Shown here: piece after piece, positions 12,201 to 23,990 of the stretch
Layout of the letters: each line of letters starts with the position of its first letter
How positions within the stretch are numbered: the first letter of the stretch is position 1
NCBI GenBank assembly: GCA_965112155.1
Contig: OZ218103.1
Source of the DNA: Podarcis liolepis
Lineage: Eukaryota
Length of the DNA stretch: 64,000 nt
Direction: 5' to 3' (one strand)
Made by a program: the position numbers and the translations under genes
The notes under the pieces: generated by a model
What the model saw: the letters and a program-made list of their open reading frames with translations, nothing else
Told to the model about the DNA's origin: nothing
Database searches by the model: none

Positions 12201-13619
12201 GCCCAGTCATATGAGCTATAAACCAGGAACTTCCTCAACATTTAGTGCTGTGGTGATGAAGGGGCCTGGCACTGAATTTTTACCTCTGCCCTGTCAGGTA
12301 GCTTCCTTCAAGCTCCAGCCCCTGCAGCAAACAGAAATACTGTACAGTACTTCAGTTTTCAGTTGCTGTTCATTGGGAGCTGCTTCCTTTTGAACTACAG
12401 AACGAAACTGGGCCTTTAATACTCTACAGCCCAGCCTTCTTGCTGCTTCATATGAGTACAATTCCTATTTTTATTAATACAAATGGCTGCAGAGTTATAG
12501 TGGGCTGAAGAATGCACTCTCAAGGAAAAGATAAAGATCAGATATGGTTTCATATCAAACATACAGCAAAACTCTGTAACACATTAGAAACCTGGGCGGT
12601 TTCATCTTGCTGTACCTCAAACAGGATCAACTCAGTTCCAGTTCCCCCAGTTCCTGGCAAAAGAGGATAGCGGAGGAATGCCTTCCCTCCTGTCCTGCAT
12701 TGTCTCAAGGTAAGTAATACGCTCTACTTCATCCTTCCCTGCAAATGAGGGGAAATAGCTAAACGTGCCCCTCTCTCCTTTATTCTCCAGCAGAAATGTG
12801 TTTGCAGCAGTGACTTTCGTGTTGGTGAAAGAGGAACACCACCTCTGCTGAATACAGTAAAAGATGATCAAATATCTCTAAAGCTTGGAAAGAGTCAGTA
12901 CTGGGATACTTTCCTCCATCCACCTGACCGTTTTGACTGTTGCCAGGCCAAATCTATTCCTGGGTCAGTTCCACAGCATTGACGTGCTGAACTATTAAAA
13001 GTGCCTCAAGTGATTGGCTGGGAGGCACAGGGCCTTCTTGGCACGACAGGGGAAGTCCAGCAGGCCCCTTCCAGGACCCCCTGAGGCCTGGGGCAAGGGT
13101 ACCTGGCTGCTGCCCCCTTCTGCATGGGCCTGGTCAAAAACCCTAGCTCTTCACCTCCACCTGCCTCTCAGGGGGAATGCAACCAAACCAAACTTCCCCT
13201 CAACCAGGCTCTCACCCTGGTTGAAGGCCACAGGCCTGTCTCACACAGTGCCTGGCCTACGCTTCTATAGTCCGACTGAAAACACAGGCCATCCCTGCGT
13301 CTCCATGGGGCCAACCCAGCCACAGTTGATCCCACCACCACCCCACGGCAGAACCTGCTGTTATAGTAAGGCAGGCCCTGGCCAAACCCCAACCCCACAG
13401 CTGCAGTCACTCAGGCAGCAATTAGACCCCAACCTCCACTACAAACAGCAGAAAACTCTATTAGGCTACAAAGAGATATGTTGTATCTTAAGGGAAACAT
13501 GTACGGTATATGGGTTTTCAAAAATTGCAAGCTGGAAATGCGGAGAACCGAAGGTAAGTGGGGCAGGGGAGGTAAAAGACTGAAATTGGCAGGTTTGCTT
13601 GTCCCTGCTTTTGCTGTTT

Positions 13620-14170
13620 CCTTTTTCTTTTTAGTTGTTTTTATTAAAGAAGGTTCATAATTAACAAGGGTACATGCAGTTTTCAATTCATAGAGGCCTT
13701 TCTACAGGTCAGTTTCATTCGCTGTGAGGACACTGCTGTCATAGAGAATGTGAGGTTGGCGGAAGCGGGGGGAGAAAGGGCAGGTAGTGACTTTTCATTT
13801 TTGTGTGGAGTTTTTGTGTCGGCGCTGCGAGGATAGGTTTCTACTTATCTGTTTTTGTTGGTGGTGCGAGAGGTTGGAAAGCCCAGAGTTGGTTGCATTT
13901 AGTTGATTGCAGTGATTTTGTTTGTGTGTGAGAGAGAGGGTGGGTAGAGGTCAGATTAGCCATCTTGAGTTGTAGGCTGTTGTGGGGGTTTATGTTGTTG
14001 TAATAAAGGGGAACCATGCTGAGGTGAAGGCATCCTCTTTTGGGTTTGTTCCTGTTTGGTAGGAATATGGCTGTCCATTTAGGGGCCATGGAGTCTTCTG
14101 CTACATCACTAATGTTTACTGGGATATCTCGTATTTTATTTCTCTCTCTCCCACCCACATTTTTTGCCAA
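13620..14170 (-). mobile_element. 5'-truncated L1/Tx1-like LINE 3' end
   Basis: Minus strand ends in AATAAA plus an A-rich tail (~13620-13645). Remnant ORF2 C-terminus EDAFTSAWFPF and a C/A-rich 3'UTR. Confidence 0.45.
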
Positions 14171-14657
14171 TGGTTAGTTCTGGAAACTTGGGAGGGGAAA
14201 CTTTTCCCTTTGTAAGGAAACTGGCTATATGTATATATGCTGCATATACACTACAATAACAAAGAAACGCCAACTATTACATCTGATCCTTGACTTAGAA
14301 GTTAGCACTTTTTCAGCAACTTGCCCTGATGCAGCTTCAGTAGGTACAGAAACCTGCCATGAAGGACTATGGTTTGCAGTTGCAGCATTATTCCCAAACC
14401 CCAGGGAACTATGCTGCATTTCCAGGAATGAGGTTTTGGTTCCTAGCTGTTAGGGCCTTAACACCAGCAGGCAAAGTGTTCTGCCAGACTTCAAGGAAAG
14501 TTGAAGTCCCACTTCCAGGGGTCAATTAATGGAACTTTAAAAAAAACAAAACAAAACAAAACAGACATTCACATTTTAAAGCCTAAAATGGCTCAATCAC
14601 TGCATGAGAAATGACTGATCCCAAAATTTTTCATCATAGAGTGACAGTAGCAGCATT

Positions 14658-14820
14658 AGATAGGTAGCCGTGTTGGTCTGCCATAGTCAAAATAAAAAAA
14701 TTCCTTCCAATAGCACCTTAAAGACCAACTAAGTTAGTTCTTGGTATGAGCTTTCGTGTGCATGCACACTTCTTCAGATACCAAGAACTAACTTAGTTGG
14801 TCTTTAAGGTGCTATTGGAA
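14658..14820 (-). mobile_element. Short Penelope-like element (PLE) insertion with inverted-repeat structure
   Basis: 11-bp TSD GTAGCAGCATT at 14647-14657 and 14821-14831. Perfect 43-bp inverted repeat 14705-14747 / 14778-14820. Terminal motifs 'gtagccgtgttggtctg' and 'gtctttaaggtgc' are typical of reptile PLE terminal repeats. Confidence 0.8.
14743..14782 (-). ncRNA. Minimal type-I hammerhead ribozyme motif
   Basis: Minus strand reads GGUAU-CUGAAGA-A-GUGUGC(AU)GCACAC-GAAA-GCUC-AUACC. This gives the CUGANGA and GAAA core boxes, a 6-bp stem II, stem I continuous with the 43-bp arm, and a palindromic AGCU in place of stem III. Confidence 0.75.
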
Positions 14821-16941
14821 GTAGCAGCATTGAGATTCAAATCTCTATCCCGGCTATAAATCCTTTAACAGAATGCCTACAGAAAAGTTTCCAGTACAGA
14901 ATGTCTCAGTGTCTTCCCAGCCCAGAGAGTGTTTATGATGTTTATGTTTATCCTGTGTAAGAAATGAGACTTACTCCTTCCTGCCTGAACAATACCATCC
15001 ATAGCTGTTGGGGAAAGAGAGAGAGGGAGCGAGAGAGAGCCATCTCAACTAATTTTCACTATTTCATTTTTAATCTGGCTGGCAGGTCTCTTCCACTGAT
15101 GCAGAGACTGTTGGATCCATGATGTTGTTGATAACAAAGCCCTGGGTTGGGACACTGATCATGGTTTTAAGCTCAGGTGCCAGGTCATCCTCTGGGCATG
15201 ATTATTTTCTGACAAAAGCCTCTTTTAACACATTCAGCCTGATTACACAAGGGCTAAATATGCCCCCAAGGTCCCCTGCATCTGCTCCCCACTCCTGACC
15301 TTCTCATATTGAATGGGCTGGTCTGAAGAAGGTTGCTAAGTATGTTCACTTAGAAGCCTCATCACTATCAGAAACCCTGATAACACAGTATCCCAGTTTT
15401 CCTTTTGTCTTCAAATCTTGTCTGCCTGGTTTCGAACAATGCATCAGTCATCTTTAGACCACTCTTATCCACACAAACAAAACTTCGCCTTCCATCCTCA
15501 CAGCCTTTTGTCATGGACATCAAAAGGCACCAACCTGGAGGAGTATCCTAATCCAAGAGCAGGAACCATCTGGTCAAGAGTTTTCTGTAATCCACTCTTG
15601 TAATGAAGGTCAAGGGGTTCAGCTGGACTCCCTCAGTGTCAATCTTCTCATCAGTTATGCTTCTGGAATATGTTTAGAAACCTTCCAGCACTGAAACAGC
15701 AGCCTCCCCTACCCCCAACCCCTTTGCATGGTGATAGCCTGAATACGTAAGGGGAAAACATAAGATTTGTTTTCTGGAGCCAATTCAAGACTCCTGTTAC
15801 AGTCTCTGCACAGTCTCCGCAACTCTGTTGGTTCAGTACAGTATTCTAGTCTGGTAGCTCTCAGACATGCTTTTCCTACTGATGCGACTCTACTGGTGGA
15901 ACAGTGGAGCAAATATCCTTTGCATGGTTCTTTCTTTCTTGCTGCAACCCGAAGTTTTAATTTGAGTCCTGAGTCCATTCATAGCCAGAGAACGGCTGGG
16001 AGAGAAGCAGGAGATAGTGTGCAAACAAGAAATTTCAATTCCCTAGTATATTTTAACTCCTTGAAAATTAACAAATAAAGACATTACAAGGTCCCTTGTT
16101 TGAGCTAAATATGTTTAGTTTTGGAGATATATAACCTTCAGGATTTTGCATCACCTTTCAAGCTTATTAATACTGCAGAGACAGCCTGAAGAATTCTCTT
16201 GGATGTCGTGGGTATGAGAAAGAAAATACCAGCCTTTTAAATTCATGTTATTAGCTTATTGGGCTATTTAATCTCTTCCTTAAAGTGTAAAATGTTTCTA
16301 GGGACATGGGAAGAAAGGGAATGGAAAAGCATTATTAAGGGAGTAGGTTAGTCTAATGCCTTTTATCTGCCAGAGACAAGCCAGTACTGGAGATATTTAT
16401 TGGTTCAGTACTTCGGCAACATGGTATTAATTGCCTCTGAGTGTTTTGATAGGTAGTTAGCACAAGGGTATTAATGAAAATAGCACCACTTCATTTTAAA
16501 ATTAACTACTTGGCCATTCAGCAACATGAGCTGATAAATTATGGCAATAAATTTGAAATGGAGATTTATGTAATCATAACTCAAATTCTGCTCAGTAGGC
16601 ACACTAAGATGGGGCTGCATGATAACTTCAGTGCAATCTTCCTTCTCACTTACTTAGAACAAAAGCCATATTTTTAAGGATTCCTTCACACTAGGCTTCT
16701 CCCTAAGCACTTGCCCTTCTCTTCCCAGCTCCCCTTTGCTTTAGCCAGTTGCTACCCCCAAGACAAACTTGGCTGCAATTATGCTTTGGCGTAATTGCAA
16801 ATATGGACCCTATAGTCCATATTCTCTATTTTGCATTTTGTCATATATTTTTAGGAAGCGTTGAATCTTGTTAATTTAGGTCTCTCTCCTTTTCTAACTT
16901 TTCCAGTGTAAAGTTATTCACATTGCCCCCACCCCAGTTTG

Positions 16942-16996
16942 TAATAATAATAATAATTAATAATTAATAATAATAATAATAATTAATAATAATAAT
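16942..16996. repeat. (TAA)n microsatellite, imperfect
   Basis: Direct reading. Confidence 0.9.
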
Positions 16997-18317
16997 ATCA
17001 TGCAAATTTCTCATACTTGTCAGCAATTTTTCCCACTGTGCACATTTGCTGCAGAGCAGTTATCCCCAACAGAATGTCTTGATGCTAACTATTCTTCTAA
17101 CTCTAACCCCAACTCCGATAAGGACCAAGGTGGCCAGCTAGGGAAGGGGACAGGAATCCTGCACCTTTAACAGTTGTGTAGAAGTGGGGCTTTCAGCAGG
17201 CTTAACTCCACACAGGCATAAAGTCAAAGCAGCTGTTTACTCACAACTTAGACAGGTACTAACTATACATGTCATCGTACTCCTGTGAAAAAAGATGGGA
17301 GGGGGTGAGCGTTAAATATAGAACACCCTAAAGTTAGGGCCTAAACCTTCAAAGTAGGGATATTTGTTTCATTGCACAGAAGTCACGCTAGCCAAGCCTT
17401 TAAAGGCCTTCATGAATAAGTTCCCTTAATCAGCCTTTTTTTCTGACCAGTGATTCATCTCCGGAAAGAAATGAATGACAGCTAACAGCCTTAGGCAGCA
17501 ACAAAATTGAAAAAGTGGCCCTATAAATGTATTTCTTATTATAGCACCTGCCCACATATTGCATTATTGTGACCTATTGGAAAGAAAGGTACTCTTTCAG
17601 TGACCCTGTTACGTGGGGCTTAATCCACCTAATGTTTTCCCGCTTGTTGCAGAAATGCAAGTCAAGCTGACATGCTAGCTAACAGACAAGGTGCAGGACT
17701 TTTTGCAGGGATGCATTCTTACCGCACGTTACAGTAAACTAGTGTGAGCTATGAACTGCCAGATAATGAATAGTGGCCGTATTTGCAAAAAGTCCATGTG
17801 GATACGTCCCTGCTCCTCCAACAAACTAGTATTTCTAGAGGACAGATGAAATTTAAGACAGAAGTAGCCAATGTGCTCTCTCCAAATGTCATGCATGGAA
17901 GGGCGGGGGGAAGAGAAAGAAGCTGATGATAATCCTAAACACACTTACTGGGGGGAAAGTCCCATTGAAACAGAATAAACATGCATCAGGTTGCCCTGAC
18001 AGTGACAGGTACTAGTCACTGCTACTTTAGGAAACTCAGGAAACTCATAATGTAAGTAAGCAGCATTATGTTCAGATTGGCTACATTCATACGTGCTTGG
18101 CTTTCTCTTCTTGGTTAGATAAACCTTATTCTGTAAATATTTGAATTGGAATGAAGTTGCATCTGGGGACTAAGTTAACTTTGGGGGCACTATACAATAT
18201 GTATCCCTTGGTTTCTCTTACTTCATAATTTAGGGAACATCTCATGTACAAACCTAGGCAGGTTCCATAATTTCCATGTGACAAGAAGTGAGATTACATG
18301 TACTAATAATAATAATA

Positions 18318-18697
18318 GGGACGCAGGTGGCGCTATGGTGTAAACCACTGAGTCTCTTGGGCTTGCTGATTGGAAGGTCGGCGGTTCGAATCCCCGTGAC
18401 AGAGTGAGCTCCTGTTGCTCTGTCCCAGCTCCTGCCAACCTAGCAGTTAGAAAGCATGCCAGTGCAAGTAGATAGATAGGTACTGCTGCCGCGGGATGGT
18501 AAACGGCGTTTCCGTGTGCTCTGTCACTCGTCACGGTTCTCTGTGCACCAATAGCAGTTTAGTCATGCTGGCCACATGACCTGGAAAGCTGTCTGTGGAC
18601 AAACGTCGGCTCCCTTGGCTTGAAAGCGAGATGAGCACCACAACCCCATAGTCACCTTTGACTGGACTTAACCATCCAGGAGTCCTTTACCTTTTAC
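18318..18697 (+). mobile_element. Sauria SINE, near full length
   Basis: GGGACGCAGGTGGCGCT head, tRNA-like B-box GGTTCGAATCCC, body 'cccagctcctgccaacctagcagtt', tail 'gtcctttaccttttac'. Confidence 0.9.
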
Positions 18698-18865
18698 ATT
18701 TGACTACTACTACTCATTTAGTCTTGCAAGAGGCCAGAGTGGCTTACAACAATAAAAAGATCCAACGCTAAAAACAAAAGTAACACCTCACTACGTAATA
18801 AAATACAATTAAAATGCACAATGATAGACGACAATGTGAATGTGACTGCATGCACTATGTCCTGT

Positions 18866-19065
18866 ATTATTATTATTATTATTATTATTATTTATTTATA
18901 CCCCGCCCATCTGGCTGAGATTCCCCAGCCACTCTGGGCGGCTCCCAATCGAAGGCCTGCAAAAGCAGTTATGCTTCCAGATGTCACCTAAATGTGAACA
19001 AAGTGGTGATAAATAGATCTCTACAGGAAAGAAATTCCATTGTTGGTGTCCCGCCACAGAGAAGG
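18866..19065 (-). mobile_element. L2-type LINE 3' tail with (TAT)n microsatellite end
   Basis: (tat)n + 'tttataccccgcccatctggctg…ccccagccactctgggcggct'. Same tail as at 62902-62960. Confidence 0.6.
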
Positions 19066-19125
19066 TGATAGCTCCATGATAGCTTCATGTGATAGCTCCA
19101 AGAACTGTATTCACCAGGGATGATT

Positions 19126-19858
19126 TGCGTGGCGAGTTCCCGCCCCCCCCAGTGGAAATAAAGAGACATGACACAATTATTAAGGTTAATGGGCTAAATA
19201 AGGCCACAACTTTATTGGTTACAGGTGATGAGCGGTATTGGCTTAGGCATTGGTCCTAACCGACTATATCTGACTTCAGCCTATCTGCTTGAAGTCCGGA
19301 AAGGGTTAACCACCAGTAGGAGGAGTCCTGCTGATGCACATCAACTAGGAACTCCCCCGGGGTCACCACTCGGGGGCGTGCCTTAGGCCCTCACCTCCAT
19401 AGATTTTGGACAGGGCCACACCCCCCGGAATCCTTTATTGGACTACCCTTCAATATGCAGGGCAGGTGATGGTGCTTCCTCCCCTCTTCCAACTATAGAA
19501 CAATACCAATGCCTAACTGCCAATACCAGGAAAGTTGTGATGATTTGCTACGAGGTAGGTAAAAAACAAGTAGCTGGTGCCAATTTACCAAGTGGAAAAA
19601 TTCCTACCAGGCCCCTCAACGGCAACCAACCAAGGTCCATAGCAGGGTCAAGGAACGAAAACCTTATAGGGCGGGAGGGTGGGAAAAGCAGGAGGGGAAA
19701 GAGGGAAATCCCCGGCCGCATCCTTCCTTAAGTAGGGCAGGCCACGCCCCCAGATCCAGCCGGTTGGCTGGCTGGGGGATGACGCGGCCGGGAATCCCCC
19801 CAATCACGCAGGGCTGGGCTCCAGCCGCCCTGCGCGTGGTGGGGTCGTGAAGCCCGCA
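19126..19858 (-). mobile_element. CpG-rich LTR-like unit, possibly a DIRS/Ngaro (tyrosine-recombinase retroelement) terminal repeat or a solo LTR
   Basis: Sharp GC/CpG rise. TGCG…CGCA termini with ATT on both flanks. Minus strand has ATTGG, GGGGCGTGGC and TACTTAAG, followed by 'ccaataaagttgtggcc'. Confidence 0.55.
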
Positions 19859-20160
19859 ATTCCACCTCCTTCAAGGGTGGAAGTGGCTCTCTGTAGACTT
19901 TGGAGAGACTCCATAAATTTTACCTAATTTGTTAGTCTCTTTTCTGTACCCCAGTCTCACCTGATGACTCCTCAGCTGGTGGATGCTTACAATGCAGAGC
20001 ATTGACCCGTACATATTGTGTTAAAATGAAATGCACTTAAAAAAACTTTTATTTTTTAAATTTGGATTTACATATTTTATTATGTCATTCCTAATAAGTT
20101 CACAAATCCATGTGATTTGTGTTTCGAAATTATCGTTTTGAATAGAGTGCGTGTATTCTT

Positions 20161-20368
20161 TTGAAATCCCCGCGGCGGGGTGAGCTCCCATCTTTCGGTC
20201 CCAGCTCCTGCCCACCTAGCAGTTCGAAAGCACCCTTAAGTGCAAGTAGATAAATAGGTACCGCTTTATAGCGGGAAGGTAAGCGGCGTTTCCGTGTGCT
20301 GCGCTGGTGCTGGCTCGCCAGAGCAGCTTCGTCACGCTGGCCACGTGACCCGGAAGTGTCTCCGGACA
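20161..20368 (+). mobile_element. Sauria SINE internal fragment, truncated at both ends, CpG-rich subfamily
   Basis: Aligns by eye to 18385-18600 (gtgagctccc…cccagctcctgcccacctagcagttcgaaagcac…ggccacgtgacccggaag). Confidence 0.85.
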
Positions 20369-23300
20369 ACCCTCCCTGTTGCCCCACCCAAACTTGGTGA
20401 GCAAAAAGTTCTAGCAAAATAAAGACTGCTACCTGTCTGGCGGGGATTTCTTCTTGCCAAGAATAGTTCCCTTGGCTTTGTTCAGCAGTGCGAAGATGTA
20501 AAAAGCCAGAGAATATCAGGAGCATCTGGGCTTTTGTACTATAGCAAATTGCTGTTGCAATTATCTGGCAATCTGGGTTTTTAGGTTTTGAAACTGTTTC
20601 AACTGTAATTGGAGAAATCCTAAATTACAAATGGACAAATAATCACAGGAATCGTCTTCATCCACTTTCCAAAACAACAGAGCTCTGAAGAAAATATCAA
20701 ATAAGTAGAAGCCCCTGACAACAGTCAAGCCAATTTGGTACTCTCTTAACTTTTCACACTTTACAAAGTCAAATAATCAAAAGGTGAAAGCAGAAGGTAA
20801 ACTGGGAGGGAGAATCAATCACAGTTCACCATTATTTATTTTCTTTGTGTGTATATTTAATTAAAATGGTTAAATTCCAATAGTAATATTCTTAATGCAT
20901 AATTAAACCAAGAAGGGAAGCTTCCCAAGGCCAGTAGCCAGGGACCTCTCTCCCATGTACTCCTTTTTCTCACAGGAGAAAAAAGGGGGCTTGAATAACA
21001 ATGAGAGATGTGATCTTGCTGAGTGGCACAAAGAGCTACAGAACTCAGTGTAAATAATTCACCATTTCATTCAATATTGTGTTCGATTTCATCTGCCCAG
21101 CTGCCAATCTGGTTTTGATAAACTCTAGGTATCCTTAGCCTTAAGTGTGCTTACTGTACATTAAAAGAGATTGGTTTGGGGTAGATTTGCATGTCAGCTA
21201 TACGGGGGGAAATGATATGAAGTATTTTCAATAGGCAGCCTTGATTTGTGTGATCCTCACCCCCCCACACACACCCCAGATGCTAAATATGGTGTTCCTG
21301 GGAAGGGGGGGATTTCTCTTTCAAAAAATGGCATATTTTGGTTACTGAATGAAGTATACGAGAGTTTTATGTGAAAGTCAGCTAAATATTGTATTTATTT
21401 ATAAACATGACAAATTTAATAGGGTAGGACCTGTATTTGAATTATTGATTGTGAAATATGTAAGCACAGAGTAACCATCCATCAGTATATGCAGGAGGGC
21501 TGAGGACAGATTTATGATGTTTGAGTTTTTCTGCTTTAGCTGGCACTTGGTGTTTCTATTAATTATAGCTCCGTGCATTAGTTTCTGCAGAACTTGTTAC
21601 AAATGCTTATAAAAGATGTCTCTATCATAGCATTTAAATATTGTTTGTGCAACTGAAACATGTTTTCTATGGAGGATTAATACACTGCTTGATTTAGGGA
21701 GCAAATTAAACTTGGTGGTGTAATTTACAATGGACAAAAGCTTTCTCTGCAAGGTGTCAATGTTCATTTGGATGTGAGTAATACCATCCTGATGCCAGTG
21801 ATCAGTATCATCATTGCTACATACTTGGCACTGAAAAAAATTTGAACCAAGGAAAACTGATTCTCAGTTCTGCAGCCCAAGTCATTTATGGCAATTTACA
21901 TATGCAATGGTTCTGTTCCCGTTTAATTATGAAGATGGGTAAATAGGTATGCAGGACAGTAAAAGGATGACCCTTGGAAAGGTTTCCCTCTGGTTTCTGA
22001 GAGATCCATAGGGTTACAAGCCTATTTTCACAGCTTTTTGGACTATAAACTTGCTATTTAAAAGGATGAAGCAGAGGCTATGAAGATACTAAGTTCTGCA
22101 ACTAGTACACAATTCTGCACAAAGGATTGCAAGATAATGGAATCCACACACCCTGGCTATGATATGATTTATTTACCTATTGAAAGGTTTATAATCCACA
22201 CTTGCATAAAAGCATATCAAGGCAGCATGCAGCTTACAAAATATAACAAAATAAAAGCATCCATGAAAACTTGATTTAAAATGCCAGTAAATACTGTTTG
22301 GTTAATAGAGAAATTAATATTGCAAAGGCCTGTCTAAACAATGCAGTTTTCAGTGCCCAACCTGGCCAGCTGCTGCTGACAGTCCTGATGAAACAATTTT
22401 GGAGGGAAGTTCAAATCTGAATTAGTTTGGGCCTGGGGAGGTGTTCAGAGTGTGCCCATTCAATGTTAGGACATGTACCTACTAAATGGTGGTTGTCTGA
22501 AGAGCAGAAGAGATGCTTTTGTAGAGCCATGCTAACAGCAAAAAGAATAGTCCTTCAGTATTGGAAATCGCAAAGCACTTCAGGTATTGAGGGTTGAATG
22601 CATGACTTTTTTGCCATTGGTAGCTCATGAGAAGATCCTGTTCAGCAAAAGCGTAAGGTTCCATGTCATCTGGAATATAGTAGTGCCTAGAGTCTGAAGG
22701 TAGTGGCATCTTCTTTTTTTATTTTCCCATTTGCTTGAATAGTTATTTACTTATTCACCTGGTTATTCCAGCAGCAACAGTGTCACTGCCCATGTATAAA
22801 GTATTAACACATGGTTATCACAAAGCAATTGCAAGCAGCCTCTGTATACTTGGGACATATATTCCATCAGTGGCAGCACAGGAGGGATGAGAAGGGAACA
22901 TGGGGAGCTTGTCATTAGAGCAGCTTGGAACTAAGAACTTGAAGCTGAGTTTGCTTTCTTCAACTTCCCTCCCAGTCCATTTTTCTTTTCTGTCGTGTAT
23001 TGTTATATTGAAAGCCTGTGGGAAGGGACTCCTTTTTTTAAAAAAAAAAGTGATTTGAAGGCCACTATAGGATTCTACTCTACTCTACGTTTTCACGGTA
23101 TCAGAAAGCTTCAATGAAATATCTTAATTGCTCATCAAGTATCTATTAAAGTTCACTAACTCACGGAGACTGCAGGATACTTCCCAAAGTGTCCTGCTTT
23201 TTGGTGCCTTTTAAATTGGTTCAGAAGAATCAACAAGAGGGCAAGTGGTGACTGTTAAATGACTTTTGCCTATGTCTTATTGTTCCTGCAAATGAAAATA

Positions 23301-23619
23301 TAGCTGACACTTAAAGTTCTGTGCATGACATCTGAGTAGAAGCTTCAATGGAAATAAATAATGACACATATATACCCCATTTTGACCACCCTAGTGGATG
23401 GAAATTAATCCAGCACGTTAAGAGACAATGGATAGTTTGCTTTCGTTATAGTGTATGCATTATGGGTGCCTCTGGTGGGTACCAGAAAATTGGAAACAAT
23501 TTGTAATGGGGAAATCAGTCGCTAGAAGCATAGGAAAGCACATGTTTCATCTGAGCAAAAAGTGGTTAGATGCCATTTCTCACTGTTGTGGTCTTGATTA
23601 CCTCTTGCTTCTGTAAACT

Positions 23620-23990
23620 ACACAAGAGATAACAATGTTATATGTGCTAGTTATCCAATACTTTGCTCAGCCAATGCAGTTGTTGAAGGACTGGTGTTAT
23701 ATGTGTTCCAAACCAGCTGACCTTGTTGGCAGCGACATTCTGCTCTAATTATAGTTTCTGGACACCCTTCAAAGGCAGGCCTGCATAGAATACATTGCAG
23801 ACATCTAATCTGGGGCATTAATTACAATGGCCAGGTCGTTCTTCTTAAGGAATGGGAGCAGCTGGCAAACTAGCCTACGCTTGGGGAAAGTGTTCTTGGC
23901 TAGAGCCATGACCTAAACATCGAGATGAATCGAAGAGAATAACCGTGATCCTGAGTTTTGAGAGAGAGTGCAATCCCACCCAATACAAGA
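23620..23990 (-). mobile_element. Old L2 LINE remnant
   Basis: 'cttcaaaggcaggcctgcatagaatacattgcag…taatctgg' corresponds to a degenerate RLDYCN..Y.GLP motif on the minus strand. Confidence 0.45.

Noticed and set aside
13014-13583. 189-aa ORF
   Set aside because: Non-ATG start, Pro-rich low-information translation from a GC-rich patch, no splice or homology support.
14705-14820. Pre-miRNA or DNA-transposon MITE interpretation of the long hairpin
   Set aside because: The inverted repeat does not reach the left end of the insertion, the TSD is 11 bp, and the loop is a hammerhead core. A PLE origin explains all three.
18318-18400. tRNA gene (A/B boxes)
   Set aside because: It is the head of a Sauria SINE and continues into the SINE body; no complete cloverleaf.
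19960-22400. Other CTGATGA/CTGAAGA motifs (e.g. ~19962, ~22385) as additional hammerheads
   Set aside because: No stem II followed by GAAA and no closing stem I.
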